A stretch of DNA of 33,177 bases from Armatimonadota bacterium (GTDB lineage Bacteria; Armatimonadota; UBA10988). The stretch covers positions 1 through 33,177 of the forward strand of contig JACRKZ010000139.1 of assembly GCA_016235455.1 (NCBI GenBank), written 5' to 3'. Position numbers and translations under genes: made by a program. Numbering within the stretch: position 1 is the first letter of the stretch; every line of letters begins with the position of its first letter. The notes beneath the pieces are model-generated. The model had not been told where the DNA came from. It searched no databases and was given only the letters and a program-made list of their open reading frames with translations. Of the stretch, positions 8,415 through 17,698 are shown in pieces.

Positions 8415-9953
8415 TCAGTACCGCTGAATCAGCTCCAGCATCTTCCGATCCAGCTTCAGGCCCTCATAGTCCTCATACTGCACGTCCCGGCGGCCGCTGT
8501 CGAAGATGCCAAAACCGCCGCGGAAGTTCCACATGGCCCAGCCCCAGCCGAGCTCCTGCCAGTTGCGCAGGCAGTCTTCCATCCAGCGCAGGACCACGTC
8601 GTGCGGTGTGAAGGAGAACGCGCCCCACTCGCCGACCATGATTCCGCCACCGGCCTTCTCCCAGGCCACGAACGGCCCGCACACCTGCTGGCGCAGTGTG
8701 CTGCCATCCTCTTTGGTGGTCGACGAGAACGGCGCGCCGGCCACCGCGGGCTGGTAGGTCAATTCGGCCGGCCGTTTGCCCCAATCGTTGCTCAGGGCCA
8801 CTTCGTGCGTGGTTCCGTCTGCGCGGACCAGGGCCAGCTTGGTCAGCGTCAGCCAGTCGCCGCTCTCCACACCGACCTCGATCTTGGCCGCACCGGCTGG
8901 CAGCTCGATGTCGTAGGCCTTGTCGTAGATGTTCTGGTAGATGTTCCACTGGGCCATGTGGCGAGCTTCTTTCCACTCGCCCTGGCCAGGACCACAGACG
9001 AAATCCTTGTTCCAGACCGGCTGCCCGTCGGCCTTGACCACCAGCTTGGCCCGGCCCGACACCACGTCCACGGTCAGGCGTAGCGTCTTGGCCTCGGCCA
9101 CCGGACCGGTCAGCGTCAGCGGCTTGTGTGCCTCCTCGGGCATGCCCGGCTTCTTGGGCTCCACCAACAGGCCATTGGCCAGCACATGCGGCCAGGTGGG
9201 CACGGGTAGCCGATCGCCGCCGGAGATCCAGGAGGCCTTGTAGTGGGTGATGCCCATCGGCGCGTAGCCGCGCGTGGCCTGGGCCACCTGCAGGTCCAGC
9301 AGGCCCATGGCCGGCTGCGTGCCCCATTGCAGACCGTCGGACACGATGAGCCGCTGCGGGTCCTCGCGGCGGATAGCCTCAATGATCGGCTTGACGACCT
9401 TCACATAGTCGGCCTCGCTCACGCCGGCGGGCTCGTTGAACAGGTTGAAGCTGAGCCGCTCATTGGGGATGCCCCGGTAGCGCTTGGCGAAGGTGGCCCA
9501 ATGCAGCGCGCAGACGCGCTGCGCCTCGGCGTCGCTCCACAGGCTCTTGGCCTCGGGCGGGCTGGCCACGGTGTAGCCTGGCGCACGGTGGAAGTTAATC
9601 ATCACGTGCACGCCGTACTGCTTGCCGTATTCGACCGCCTGGTCGATCTCGGCCAGGCACTTCTCATCGAACCGCTCCCAGTCGCCGTCGACCAGCCAGC
9701 AGCGGTAGTCCATGGGCAGGCGCACGAAGTTGAACCCCAGCTTGTGGATCAGCTGGAAGTCCTTCTCGGAGAAGGGCTTATTGCTCGCCTTCTGGAACTT
9801 CTCCAGCAGGTTGAACCCGCGCCAGCGCGGCAGGTGGTTCCAGCTCGCGGGCATCCAGGTAACCTCGTCGGCGGCCTGGCAGCCGGCGGCGCAGGCCAGG
9901 GTCAAGGACAGCATGGCAACTCTTCTCCACATCGTGCATCGGGCTCTGTCCAT
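8415..9953 (-). CDS. Secreted glycoside hydrolase family 5 (cellulase family) with inserted domain
   Basis: RWRGFNL, GFNFVRLPMDY, NFHRAPG, acid/base LFNEP, nucleophile VGEWG, WAMWNFRG. Signal-peptide-like N-terminus. GGGAGA SD before ATG 9953. Confidence 0.9.
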   Translation of the reverse strand: MDRARCTMWRRVAMLSLTLACAAGCQAADEVTWMPASWNHLPRWRGFNLLEKFQKASNKPFSEKDFQLIHKLGFNFVRLPMDYRCWLVDGDWERFDEKCLAEIDQAVEYGKQYGVHVMINFHRAPGYTVASPPEAKSLWSDAEAQRVCALHWATFAKRYRGIPNERLSFNLFNEPAGVSEADYVKVVKPIIEAIRREDPQRLIVSDGLQWGTQPAMGLLDLQVAQATRGYAPMGITHYKASWISGGDRLPVPTWPHVLANGLLVEPKKPGMPEEAHKPLTLTGPVAEAKTLRLTVDVVSGRAKLVVKADGQPVWNKDFVCGPGQGEWKEARHMAQWNIYQNIYDKAYDIELPAGAAKIEVGVESGDWLTLTKLALVRADGTTHEVALSNDWGKRPAELTYQPAVAGAPFSSTTKEDGSTLRQQVCGPFVAWEKAGGGIMVGEWGAFSFTPHDVVLRWMEDCLRNWQELGWGWAMWNFRGGFGIFDSGRRDVQYEDYEGLKLDRKMLELIQRY

Positions 9954-10073
9954 GGCGATCTCTCCCGTGGCGCAAGGGACGACCAGAGTCGAGGCCACGT
10001 TCCCGGCGAGCATTTTCGGAGGACTCGCTCTGTCTCCTGCCAATCGGTAACCGGCAAGGACAGGAGACAGCGA

Positions 10074-12422
10074 ATGACTCGTGCAGCGGCTCTGTTGATG
10101 GTGGTGGTGACTGCCGGATGCGCCCAGACGCCGCCCACGCCGCCCAATCCGCGCGCGGCCGAGATCGCGCCGATGTTGGCCAAGCAGCCCACGGGTCTGG
10201 GCAAGCCGATCAGCGACCGCGCCTGCTGGGATCTGCTGGCGGCCAGCGAGGCCGGCGCCGATGTCGTCAAGAACGCGGCCAACCTGCTCCGCACACCACT
10301 GCCCGAGCAGCCGGACGACCTGTTCCTCGAGTTCTCGCGCAACGGCAATCGCACGCGCTGGCAGAACGTGGCCGCCCGTCGCCGTGGCCGCATCGACACT
10401 TTCACGGTGGCCGAGTGCCTGGAGAACAAGGGGCGCTTCATCCGCCCCCTGGAGGAGGCCATCGCCGCGCTCTGTGCCGAGCGCACCTGGCTCATGCCCG
10501 CCCACGACGGCAAGCTGGACAACTTCAACGGCAAGGTCGTCGACATCGACCTGGCCTCCTCGGCGCTCGGCTGGCGTCTGGGCACCAGTGCCTGGCTGCT
10601 GGGCGACAAACTCTCGGCGGCCACCCGCGCGCTGATCGCGGACAACGTGGCCAAGCGCGTCACCACGCCGTTTCGCGACATGATCGAGGGGCGCCGTGGC
10701 CGGAACTGGTGGATGACCACCACCAACAACTGGAACGCCGTGTGCCTGGCCGGCAGCACCGGGGCGGCCTTGGTGACCATCGACAAGGCCGAGGACCGCG
10801 CGGTGTTCGTGGCGGGCGCCGAGCAGTACATCCAGAACTTCCTGAAGGGCTTCACGCCTGACGGCTACTGCTCCGAGGGCATGGGCTACTGGAACTACGG
10901 GTTCGGCAACTTCGTGGACCTGGCCGAGACTCTGAACCAGGCCACCGGCGGCAAGCTCGACCTGCTCGCCAATCCGGCGGCCAAGGCACCGGCGAGCTTC
11001 GGCCCAGGTTTGGAGATCACCAGCGGCGTCTATCCCGCCTTCGCCGACTGTGGCGTCGGCGCGCAGCCCAGTGCCGTCATCATGGCCTATCTCAACAAGC
11101 GCTTCGACCTCGGCCTGGCCCAGTATGCGCAGATGCCGGCGCGCTCGGCTATGGGCGATCTGGTCTCGACGCTGCTCTACGCGCTGCCCAACTCACTCAG
11201 CGCCAAGCCGGCGACGACGGTGGCCGCGGCGGTCCGGCCGGTGCGCACGTACTTCAAGGACGCGGGCATCCTCATCGACCGGCCTGGCGACGGCGGTTGC
11301 CGCCTCGGTGTCGCCCTCAAGGGCGGCAACAACAACGAGCACCACAACCACAACGACGTGGGCTCGTACGTGGTCGTGGTCGGCGGCAGCCCCGTGCTGC
11401 TCGACCCGGGCGCGGAGGCCTATACGGCACGCACCTTCAGTTCACGACGCTACGAGAGCAAGCTGCTCAACAGCTTCGGCCATGCCGTGCCGCGCGTGGC
11501 CGGCAAGCTCCAGGCCGAGGGCGCCGAGTCGCGGGGCAAGGTGCTCGCCGCCGAGTTTGGCGACCAGGCTGACACTTATCGCCTCGACCTGGCAAGCTGC
11601 TACCGCGTGCCGGAGTTGACCCGGCTCGAGCGCAACTGGGTCTTCTCTCGTGCGGCCGAGGGCTCGCTGGTGGTCACCGATACCGTGGCTTTCACGTCGC
11701 CGCAGAGCTTCGGCACCGCGATGATCACCGCGGGCAGCTGGAAGCAGATCGCGCCCGACACCTTCCTGGCCGGCTATGCGGGCGAGGTGGTCCAGGTCAA
11801 GATCGCCGTCGAGGGCGGCGAGTTTGCCACCGACATCGTCCAGATCAAAGAGGAGTCGTCGGTCCAGCCCTACCGGCTCGGCATCGAGATGACCAAGCCC
11901 GTGACCAACGCCGCGATCACCATGACCATCACGCCGGCCCGGTTGCCGGGCGAGACGGGCGGGTCGTTGCTGCGCGACGGCTCGTTCGAGACGGCGGAGT
12001 GGTTCTGGACGCTGGGCGCGGCCGACCTGGCCAAGGTGGAGGCGCTGCCCGAGGGTGGCCAGGCGCTGCACATCACGGACGCCGCCGCCGACCGCGGTAC
12101 CGATATCAACTCGACGCGCATGGACGCCGCCGGCGACCGATCCTATGTGTTCACCGGACGCGTGAAGCACGTCAAGGGCGCCGGTATCGGCGTGTATGTC
12201 AACTGCTACGACGATTCGGGCAACCGCCTCAATCCCATCGATGGCAACGGCAATATGGCGCCGATCGGCACGCTGAGCGGCGCCGAAGGTAAGTGGGTGG
12301 ACATCGCCATCCCCTTCAAGACACCCGCCGGCACGACGCGCATGGCGCTCTGGATCCACAGCTTCAACGGCGCGCAGGTGGACGCCTACCTGGACAAGCT
12401 GGCCATCATGCCGGTGCGGTAG
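10074..12422 (+). CDS. Heparinase II/III-like polysaccharide lyase lipoprotein with C-terminal CBM-like domain
   Basis: Lipobox-like MTRAAALLMVVVTAG-C. Motifs NNWNAVC, EGMGYWNYG, HNHNDVGS and LLDPG. C-terminal LLRDGSFE... jelly-roll-like domain. SD AGGAGA before ATG 10074. Confidence 0.82.
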   Translation: MTRAAALLMVVVTAGCAQTPPTPPNPRAAEIAPMLAKQPTGLGKPISDRACWDLLAASEAGADVVKNAANLLRTPLPEQPDDLFLEFSRNGNRTRWQNVAARRRGRIDTFTVAECLENKGRFIRPLEEAIAALCAERTWLMPAHDGKLDNFNGKVVDIDLASSALGWRLGTSAWLLGDKLSAATRALIADNVAKRVTTPFRDMIEGRRGRNWWMTTTNNWNAVCLAGSTGAALVTIDKAEDRAVFVAGAEQYIQNFLKGFTPDGYCSEGMGYWNYGFGNFVDLAETLNQATGGKLDLLANPAAKAPASFGPGLEITSGVYPAFADCGVGAQPSAVIMAYLNKRFDLGLAQYAQMPARSAMGDLVSTLLYALPNSLSAKPATTVAAAVRPVRTYFKDAGILIDRPGDGGCRLGVALKGGNNNEHHNHNDVGSYVVVVGGSPVLLDPGAEAYTARTFSSRRYESKLLNSFGHAVPRVAGKLQAEGAESRGKVLAAEFGDQADTYRLDLASCYRVPELTRLERNWVFSRAAEGSLVVTDTVAFTSPQSFGTAMITAGSWKQIAPDTFLAGYAGEVVQVKIAVEGGEFATDIVQIKEESSVQPYRLGIEMTKPVTNAAITMTITPARLPGETGGSLLRDGSFETAEWFWTLGAADLAKVEALPEGGQALHITDAAADRGTDINSTRMDAAGDRSYVFTGRVKHVKGAGIGVYVNCYDDSGNRLNPIDGNGNMAPIGTLSGAEGKWVDIAIPFKTPAGTTRMALWIHSFNGAQVDAYLDKLAIMPVR

Positions 12423-12434
12423 GCCCGCCGGCGC

Positions 12435-15389
12435 CTATGATTGCAGTTCGGGCATCATGCCTCGGCGCATGGTGTTCTCGCTGCAGACGCGCGGGTCGGC
12501 GAACTGGAGCAGGTAGTTGGGTCCGCCGGCCTTGGTGCCGATGCCGCTGTGCCCGTGTCCGCCGAACGGCTGGCGGCCGACCACCGCGCCAGTGCAGCCG
12601 CGGTTGAGGTAGAGGTTGCCCACGCGGAAGCGCTGGCGGGCGAGTTCCAAGTGGCTGGGCAGACGCGAGAAGACGGCGCCGGTGAGGAAGAACCGGGTAC
12701 CTAAGGCCACGTCGAGTGCGGCCTCGAACGTCGGCACGCGGTGCAGGGCCAACACTGGCGCGAACAGCTCCTCTTGCATCAGCCAGTGGTTCGCGTCGGC
12801 CACCTCGAACAGCATCGGCGGCAGATACCAGCCCTCGGCCGGCACGGTGCCGCGGTGCAGGAGCTTGGCGCCGTCGACCTGGGCGAGCCGCGCCATCAGC
12901 CGCTCGGCGGCCTTGGGATCGGCCAGCGGCGGCACCTGACAGGCGGGGTCGTGCGGCGCGGTGACCAGCAGGCTGCGGCAAGCCTCGAGCAGGCGCTCGG
13001 TGAAGTGCTCCGCGGCCGAGCCCACCACGATGACGCGCGAGCAGGCGGAGCACTTCTGGCCGGCGAAGCCGAAGGCGCTCTTGACCACTCCCGCCACGGC
13101 TTCGTCGAGATCGGCGTCCTCATCAACGATGATTGCGTTCTTGCCGCCCATCTCGCAGACGACGCGCCGCACCTGCGGCTGATCGAGGCTGGTCTGCGCA
13201 GCGCGCGCGACGATGCTCAGCCCGACCTCACGCCCACCGGTGAAGGCGACTTGGGCCACCTTGGGGTGCTCCACCAGTCGCATACCGACCTTCTCGCCAG
13301 GGCCGGGCAGGAACTGCACCACGCCAGTGGGGAAGCCGGCTTCCACGCAAGCGCGGTAGAGCCCATGCGCGACCGCGGCCGACAAGCTGGACGGCTTGAG
13401 CAGCACGGTGTTGCCCGCGACCAGCGCGGCGGCGGCCATACCGGTGAGGATGGCCAAGGGAAAGTTCCAGGGCGCAATGACGACTGTCGGCCCGCGGCCT
13501 TCGTACCACATCTCATTGGCCTCGCCCGCCGGGCTGAGGCAGGCGCGATGGCCCAGTTCTGGCTCGGCCTGGCGGGCGTAGTAGCGACAGAAGTCCACCG
13601 CCTCGGCTACGTCGGCGTCGGCCTCACGCCAGGGCTTGCCCACTTCCCACACGCAGAGCGCCGACAGCGTGTCTCGGTCACGTGCAAGGATGTCGCCGAG
13701 CCGATCCAGCAAGGCCACGCGCTGGGCCAACGGCGTGTCGCGCCAGGCTGGCCAGGCGGCCCAGGCTGCTGCGGCCGCTGTGTCGGCCTCGGCTTCGGTG
13801 GCCATCGTGACCTGGCTGACCACCGTGTCGCCGTCGCCGGGGTAGCAGCGCGCCACGCCTTGGGCGTCGAGTCGATCGCGCCCGGCAACGGCCACCGGCA
13901 CGGACAGCGGTAGTCGCGCCCGCATGGCAGTGACGGCCTGGCCGAAGGCAGACTGGCGCGCGGGATCGGCGAAGTCGGTCAGCGGGCAGCAGGTGTAGCC
14001 GGTGTCCAGCGCGGGCGCTGGCAACGGTGCGGCTTGCTCCGCGCTGGGTGCGGCCAGCAACTGCGCCACATCGACGCCATCGTGGTGGCTGAGCCGCAGA
14101 AAGCCGGAGTTGGAGGTGTTCTCGAGCAACCGGCGCACCAGATAGGCCACGCCTGGCAGCAGGTCGCCCACGGGCGAGTAGACGCGCACGCGGTAGCCGA
14201 GGTTGCGCACGGCCTTGCGCTCGGGGTCGCCCATGCCATAGAGCATCTGCGCCTCGATGGCCTCGGGCGGCAGACCCAGGCTGCGCGCCGTGACCAGCGC
14301 GGCCGTCATCGAGCGCACGTTGTGGCTGGCGAAGGCGCAGGAGATGTGCTCACTGGCCTCCAGCAGCTGTCGCGCCACGGCCTCGTAGTTGGCATCGGTG
14401 GCCGGCTTCTCTGTGAACACCGGACAGCGGTGGCCGTTCTGCTGCGACAGCGCTACCTCGTACTGCCAGTAGGCGCCCTTGACCAGCCGCACGGTGAGCG
14501 GCGCGCCGCGACGTCTGGCGAGTTCGATGACGCGCTGCGCATCGTTGGCCGCGTCGGTAAGGTAGGCCTGGATGACCACGCCCAGGTGCGGGTACTCGCG
14601 CAGCTCGGGGTCCATCGCCAGCCGCTCGAAGAGACCGAGGATGATCGGCCGGATGGCATACTGCTCCAGGTCGAGGTTGACCAAGGCGCCCTTCTGGGCC
14701 GCGCGCACAAACAGCGGACGTACGCGCTCCAGGGCACGCTCGATACTGCCGTCGATGTCGACGGGGTCCAGACAGGCCGACATGGCCGATACCTTGACCG
14801 AGACGTTCACTCGTGGGATCGGACCACGATGGTCGCGGTCCAGGCGCGGATCGGGCTTCCAGCCCTGCGCCTCGGTGGTCAGGTGGTCAATGAGGTCGAG
14901 ATAGCGCGCCTGGTATGCGGCCGATTCTGACTCCGAGACGGTGGTCTCGCCCAGCAGGTCGCAGGTGAACGCGAGACCCTCCCGGCGTAGACCGCGCAGC
15001 GTGGCCACGGCCGTCTTGGCATCTTGGCCGACAATGAACCGCTCTGCCAGACCGGTGATGTTGGCGCGGATGGTGCGCGCCGCGAGGCCCGCGGTCAGGC
15101 CGCCGGAGGCCAGCTTGATGGCGCCGCCCAGCACCGCGCCCAGATCGCGGTCGTCGCGCTGCAGGTACTCGCGCACGTGTTCGGAGATGGGCTCGGTGCC
15201 GGTCAGCACCGGCATCACGTCCACCAGCCTGAACAGGTCGGTCTTGAAGTCCGGATCCGCCATGGCCCAGTCCATCAGCTTGCCCTGCCAGAAGTCCCGG
15301 TTGAACAGCCCTGGTACCTCCCCGGCGATCTGCTTCCACAGATCGGCGCCAAACAACTGCACCTGCGCCTCAAGCTCCCTGGGTTCCAT
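12435..15389 (-). CDS. putA: Bifunctional proline dehydrogenase / P5C (glutamate semialdehyde) dehydrogenase
   Basis: PRODH motifs DLLGE, VRLVKGAYW, FASHNVRS, QMLYGM, YLVRRLLENTSN. ALDH motifs PWNFP, FTGG, EMGGKN, GQKCSAC, EELFAP, QPFGG. GGAGGA SD before ATG 15389. No RHH domain. Confidence 0.95.
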   Translation of the reverse strand: MEPRELEAQVQLFGADLWKQIAGEVPGLFNRDFWQGKLMDWAMADPDFKTDLFRLVDVMPVLTGTEPISEHVREYLQRDDRDLGAVLGGAIKLASGGLTAGLAARTIRANITGLAERFIVGQDAKTAVATLRGLRREGLAFTCDLLGETTVSESESAAYQARYLDLIDHLTTEAQGWKPDPRLDRDHRGPIPRVNVSVKVSAMSACLDPVDIDGSIERALERVRPLFVRAAQKGALVNLDLEQYAIRPIILGLFERLAMDPELREYPHLGVVIQAYLTDAANDAQRVIELARRRGAPLTVRLVKGAYWQYEVALSQQNGHRCPVFTEKPATDANYEAVARQLLEASEHISCAFASHNVRSMTAALVTARSLGLPPEAIEAQMLYGMGDPERKAVRNLGYRVRVYSPVGDLLPGVAYLVRRLLENTSNSGFLRLSHHDGVDVAQLLAAPSAEQAAPLPAPALDTGYTCCPLTDFADPARQSAFGQAVTAMRARLPLSVPVAVAGRDRLDAQGVARCYPGDGDTVVSQVTMATEAEADTAAAAAWAAWPAWRDTPLAQRVALLDRLGDILARDRDTLSALCVWEVGKPWREADADVAEAVDFCRYYARQAEPELGHRACLSPAGEANEMWYEGRGPTVVIAPWNFPLAILTGMAAAALVAGNTVLLKPSSLSAAVAHGLYRACVEAGFPTGVVQFLPGPGEKVGMRLVEHPKVAQVAFTGGREVGLSIVARAAQTSLDQPQVRRVVCEMGGKNAIIVDEDADLDEAVAGVVKSAFGFAGQKCSACSRVIVVGSAAEHFTERLLEACRSLLVTAPHDPACQVPPLADPKAAERLMARLAQVDGAKLLHRGTVPAEGWYLPPMLFEVADANHWLMQEELFAPVLALHRVPTFEAALDVALGTRFFLTGAVFSRLPSHLELARQRFRVGNLYLNRGCTGAVVGRQPFGGHGHSGIGTKAGGPNYLLQFADPRVCSENTMRRGMMPELQS

Positions 15390-15471
15390 CGCGCGTTCCT
15401 CCGCCAGCCTGCCGCATGATGCCAGCCGCCGGCCACTTCCGGCTTGGCGCATCCCACTGTCTTTCAGCCTG

Positions 15472-15501
15472 ATTCTACTTCAAGTGCCCGCCTCTTGGCA
15501 A
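15472..15501 (-). promoter_or_regulatory. Sigma70-type promoter for putA
   Basis: Minus strand TTGCCA (15501-15496), 18 bp spacer, TAGAAT (15477-15472). Confidence 0.55.
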
Positions 15502-15567
15502 ACGTGTGCTGCGAGGTCCCGGAGGAGCAGGCGGCGGGGCGGGGAATGGTGGAGTCGGGAGAACGGG

Positions 15568-16347
15568 ATGCCGGCCTCGAGGGCCAAGCGAATGGTGCGT
15601 TCGGCGCTGATCACGGTGCCGTGGCTGTATGACGCGCAGATGGCGTTGCGCTGGCGGATGAGCGAGCGACGCGGCCAGCCTCATGAGGAGGACTTCCGGG
15701 CGTTGCCCAGCCTCGGGCTGGCGGGTGCGCTGGTGCTCGATGTGGGCGCCAACCTGGGCCAGTCTATCGCGTCGATCAAGCTGGTGGAGCCGCGCGCGCG
15801 CATCGTCAGCTTCGAGCCCAACACGCTGTTGGGGCCGGCCTTGGCTAAGGTGGCGGCGCGCTATGACGATGTCCGTGTGGAGATGGTGGGGCTGGGCGCG
15901 CGGGACGAGGCCTGTCCGCTGTGGGTGCCGCGCGTGCGGGGCTACGACTTCCGCCAACTGGCCAGCACCGAGCCGCCAGACCCGGCCGAGACCGTAGCCT
16001 TCCTCAGCGACGAGGTGTTCTTGCGGCCCGTGCGGCCTGACGAAGTGGAGCCGCGCCGCGTGGATTGCCGACTGGTGACGCTGGACAGCCTGAACCTGCG
16101 GCCAGCGCTGATCAAGGTCGACACCGAGGGCACGGCGCCGGCGGTGCTGGCGGGCGGCATGGCGACGCTCGAAGCGTGCCGGCCGATCCTGCTGATCGAG
16201 AGCGATCCGCGACAGGTGGACGAGTTGCTGCGCGTGCTGTCGCCGTGGCGCTACCGGCTGCACGCTTGGCGCGACGGAGCGTTTGTCGCTGACGAGCCGG
16301 GGGATCTGAATAGCTGGTTCTTCGCCGACGGGAGCCCCCCCCTGTAG
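15568..16347 (+). CDS. FkbM family methyltransferase
   Basis: VLDVGANLG SAM motif, SFEPN, LIKVDTEG, PILLIE. The start could be 15568 or 15592. Confidence 0.88.
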   Translation: MPASRAKRMVRSALITVPWLYDAQMALRWRMSERRGQPHEEDFRALPSLGLAGALVLDVGANLGQSIASIKLVEPRARIVSFEPNTLLGPALAKVAARYDDVRVEMVGLGARDEACPLWVPRVRGYDFRQLASTEPPDPAETVAFLSDEVFLRPVRPDEVEPRRVDCRLVTLDSLNLRPALIKVDTEGTAPAVLAGGMATLEACRPILLIESDPRQVDELLRVLSPWRYRLHAWRDGAFVADEPGDLNSWFFADGSPPL

Positions 16348-16360
16348 TCCTCCCGCGAGC

Positions 16361-17632
16361 CTGACCCTGAGTCACATCGTCAAGCCGAGTGTCCATCGGG
16401 ACAGGAGGCGACGATGGAGGCAGCGGCCTGGGCGGTGGAAGAGGCGGCGGGAGCGCAACTGGGTGATCGGCGGCGCAATGGGGCCTTCGCGAAGATCCTC
16501 ACGGCGCTGGTGAGCGGTGCTGGGCGGTCGTTCTCGGCGGCGCTGGGCGAGGCCACGCGGCAGTCGGCCAGCCTGCTGTTGCATCGGGAGGGGCTGAAGC
16601 CGAATGCCTTGTTGGCCGGACACTATCAGGCCACGGCGCGGCGTTGCTGCGCCGAACGGTTCGTGCTGGTCTCGCAAGACAGCACCACCTTCAACTACAC
16701 GCGACAGCGCGCCACCAGCGGGCTGGGCCGGCTGGCGGACACGTCCAACAGCCGCGGCCCGTGGGCCCACAGCGCGCTGGCGTTGAGCCCGGACGGGCGT
16801 GCGCTGGGGTGGCTGGCACTCGCTTTCTGGTCGCGTTGCGAGCAACGCACCAAGGCTCAGCGGCGCGAGCGCCCCCATGAGCAGAAAGAGAGCTTCAAGC
16901 GGGAGGCGACGCTGCGTGACGTGGCTCAGGCGCTACCACTCGACTGCCAGGCGGTGATCGTCTCGGACCGCGAGTCGGATGTCTTCGAGTACCTGCGCGC
17001 GCCGGTGCGCGAGGGGCTGGACAAGCTGGTGCGCGCGGCCTGGGCGCGGCGTTGTCAGGGCGAGGAGGGCCAGGTCATGGCTGCGCTGGCGCCGGCTGGC
17101 GGTGCGCTCGCCGCACTCCTGGCCGGCGGCGCGGCGCGCCGAAGTCGAGCTGTACGTTGTCGCCGCGGACGAGGTGGGCGCGCCGCCGGGCGCCAAGCCG
17201 CTGTCCTGGACGTTGCTGACCACTTGGCCGGTGGAGGACGCCAGCGGGGCACTGACCGTGCTGGACTGGTATCGCCGACGCTGGCGTGTGGAGCAGGCGC
17301 ACCGCGCGCTGAAGCTGGACGGCCACCGGGTGGAGCGGCTACAGTTGGGCACGGCGCAGGCGCTGCAACTGGCGTTGGCGACCTACTGGGTAGTGGCGTG
17401 GCGAGCCATGAACCCGGCATTGGAAGCGCGTGAGCATCCCGATCTGCCGGCCGACCAGCGGTTCGACCCCGACGAGCTGCAGGTGCTGTCGCGGCTGGCC
17501 GGCCTACGCTTCGTCGCCCAAGCCTGGTGTGCAGGCGGTGCAGCAGGGCTTGCTGTTATTGGCGCCGATGGTCACCTACCATCGTGCCCTTCGAGACGGA
17601 TGGCGCGATGTGGAGATGTGACACAAGATCAG
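16361..17632 (+). mobile_element. IS4-family (IS50/Tn5-like) insertion sequence, internally deleted, 1272 bp
   Basis: IRL CTGACCCTGAGTCACATC (16361-16378) and IRR reverse complement CTGATCTTGTGTCACATC (17615-17632), 15/18 identical and resembling IS50 ends. 8-bp direct repeat CCGCGAGC at 16353-16360 and 17633-17640. Confidence 0.9.
16414..17621 (+). pseudogene. Frameshifted IS4-family DDE transposase in three frames
   Basis: Frame 1 (16414 to about 17085): LGDRR, QDSTT, KES, DRESD. Frame 2 (about 17081-17503): WTLLTT and the YREK motif WYRRRWRVEQAHRALK. Frame 3 (about 17505-17621): KPGVQAVQQGL, with the stop inside IRR. Confidence 0.88.
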
Positions 17633-17698
17633 CCGCGAGCGGGGAGGGTCGGGGTGGGGGCCGCCGATCGGTCACCCCAGGAACGAGGACATGAACCG

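Noticed and set aside
9243-10505. Apparent long overlap of the GH5 and heparinase ORFs
   Set aside because: Caused by upstream-extended ORF calls. The SD-supported starts at 9953 (-) and 10074 (+) leave a normal 120-bp divergent gap.
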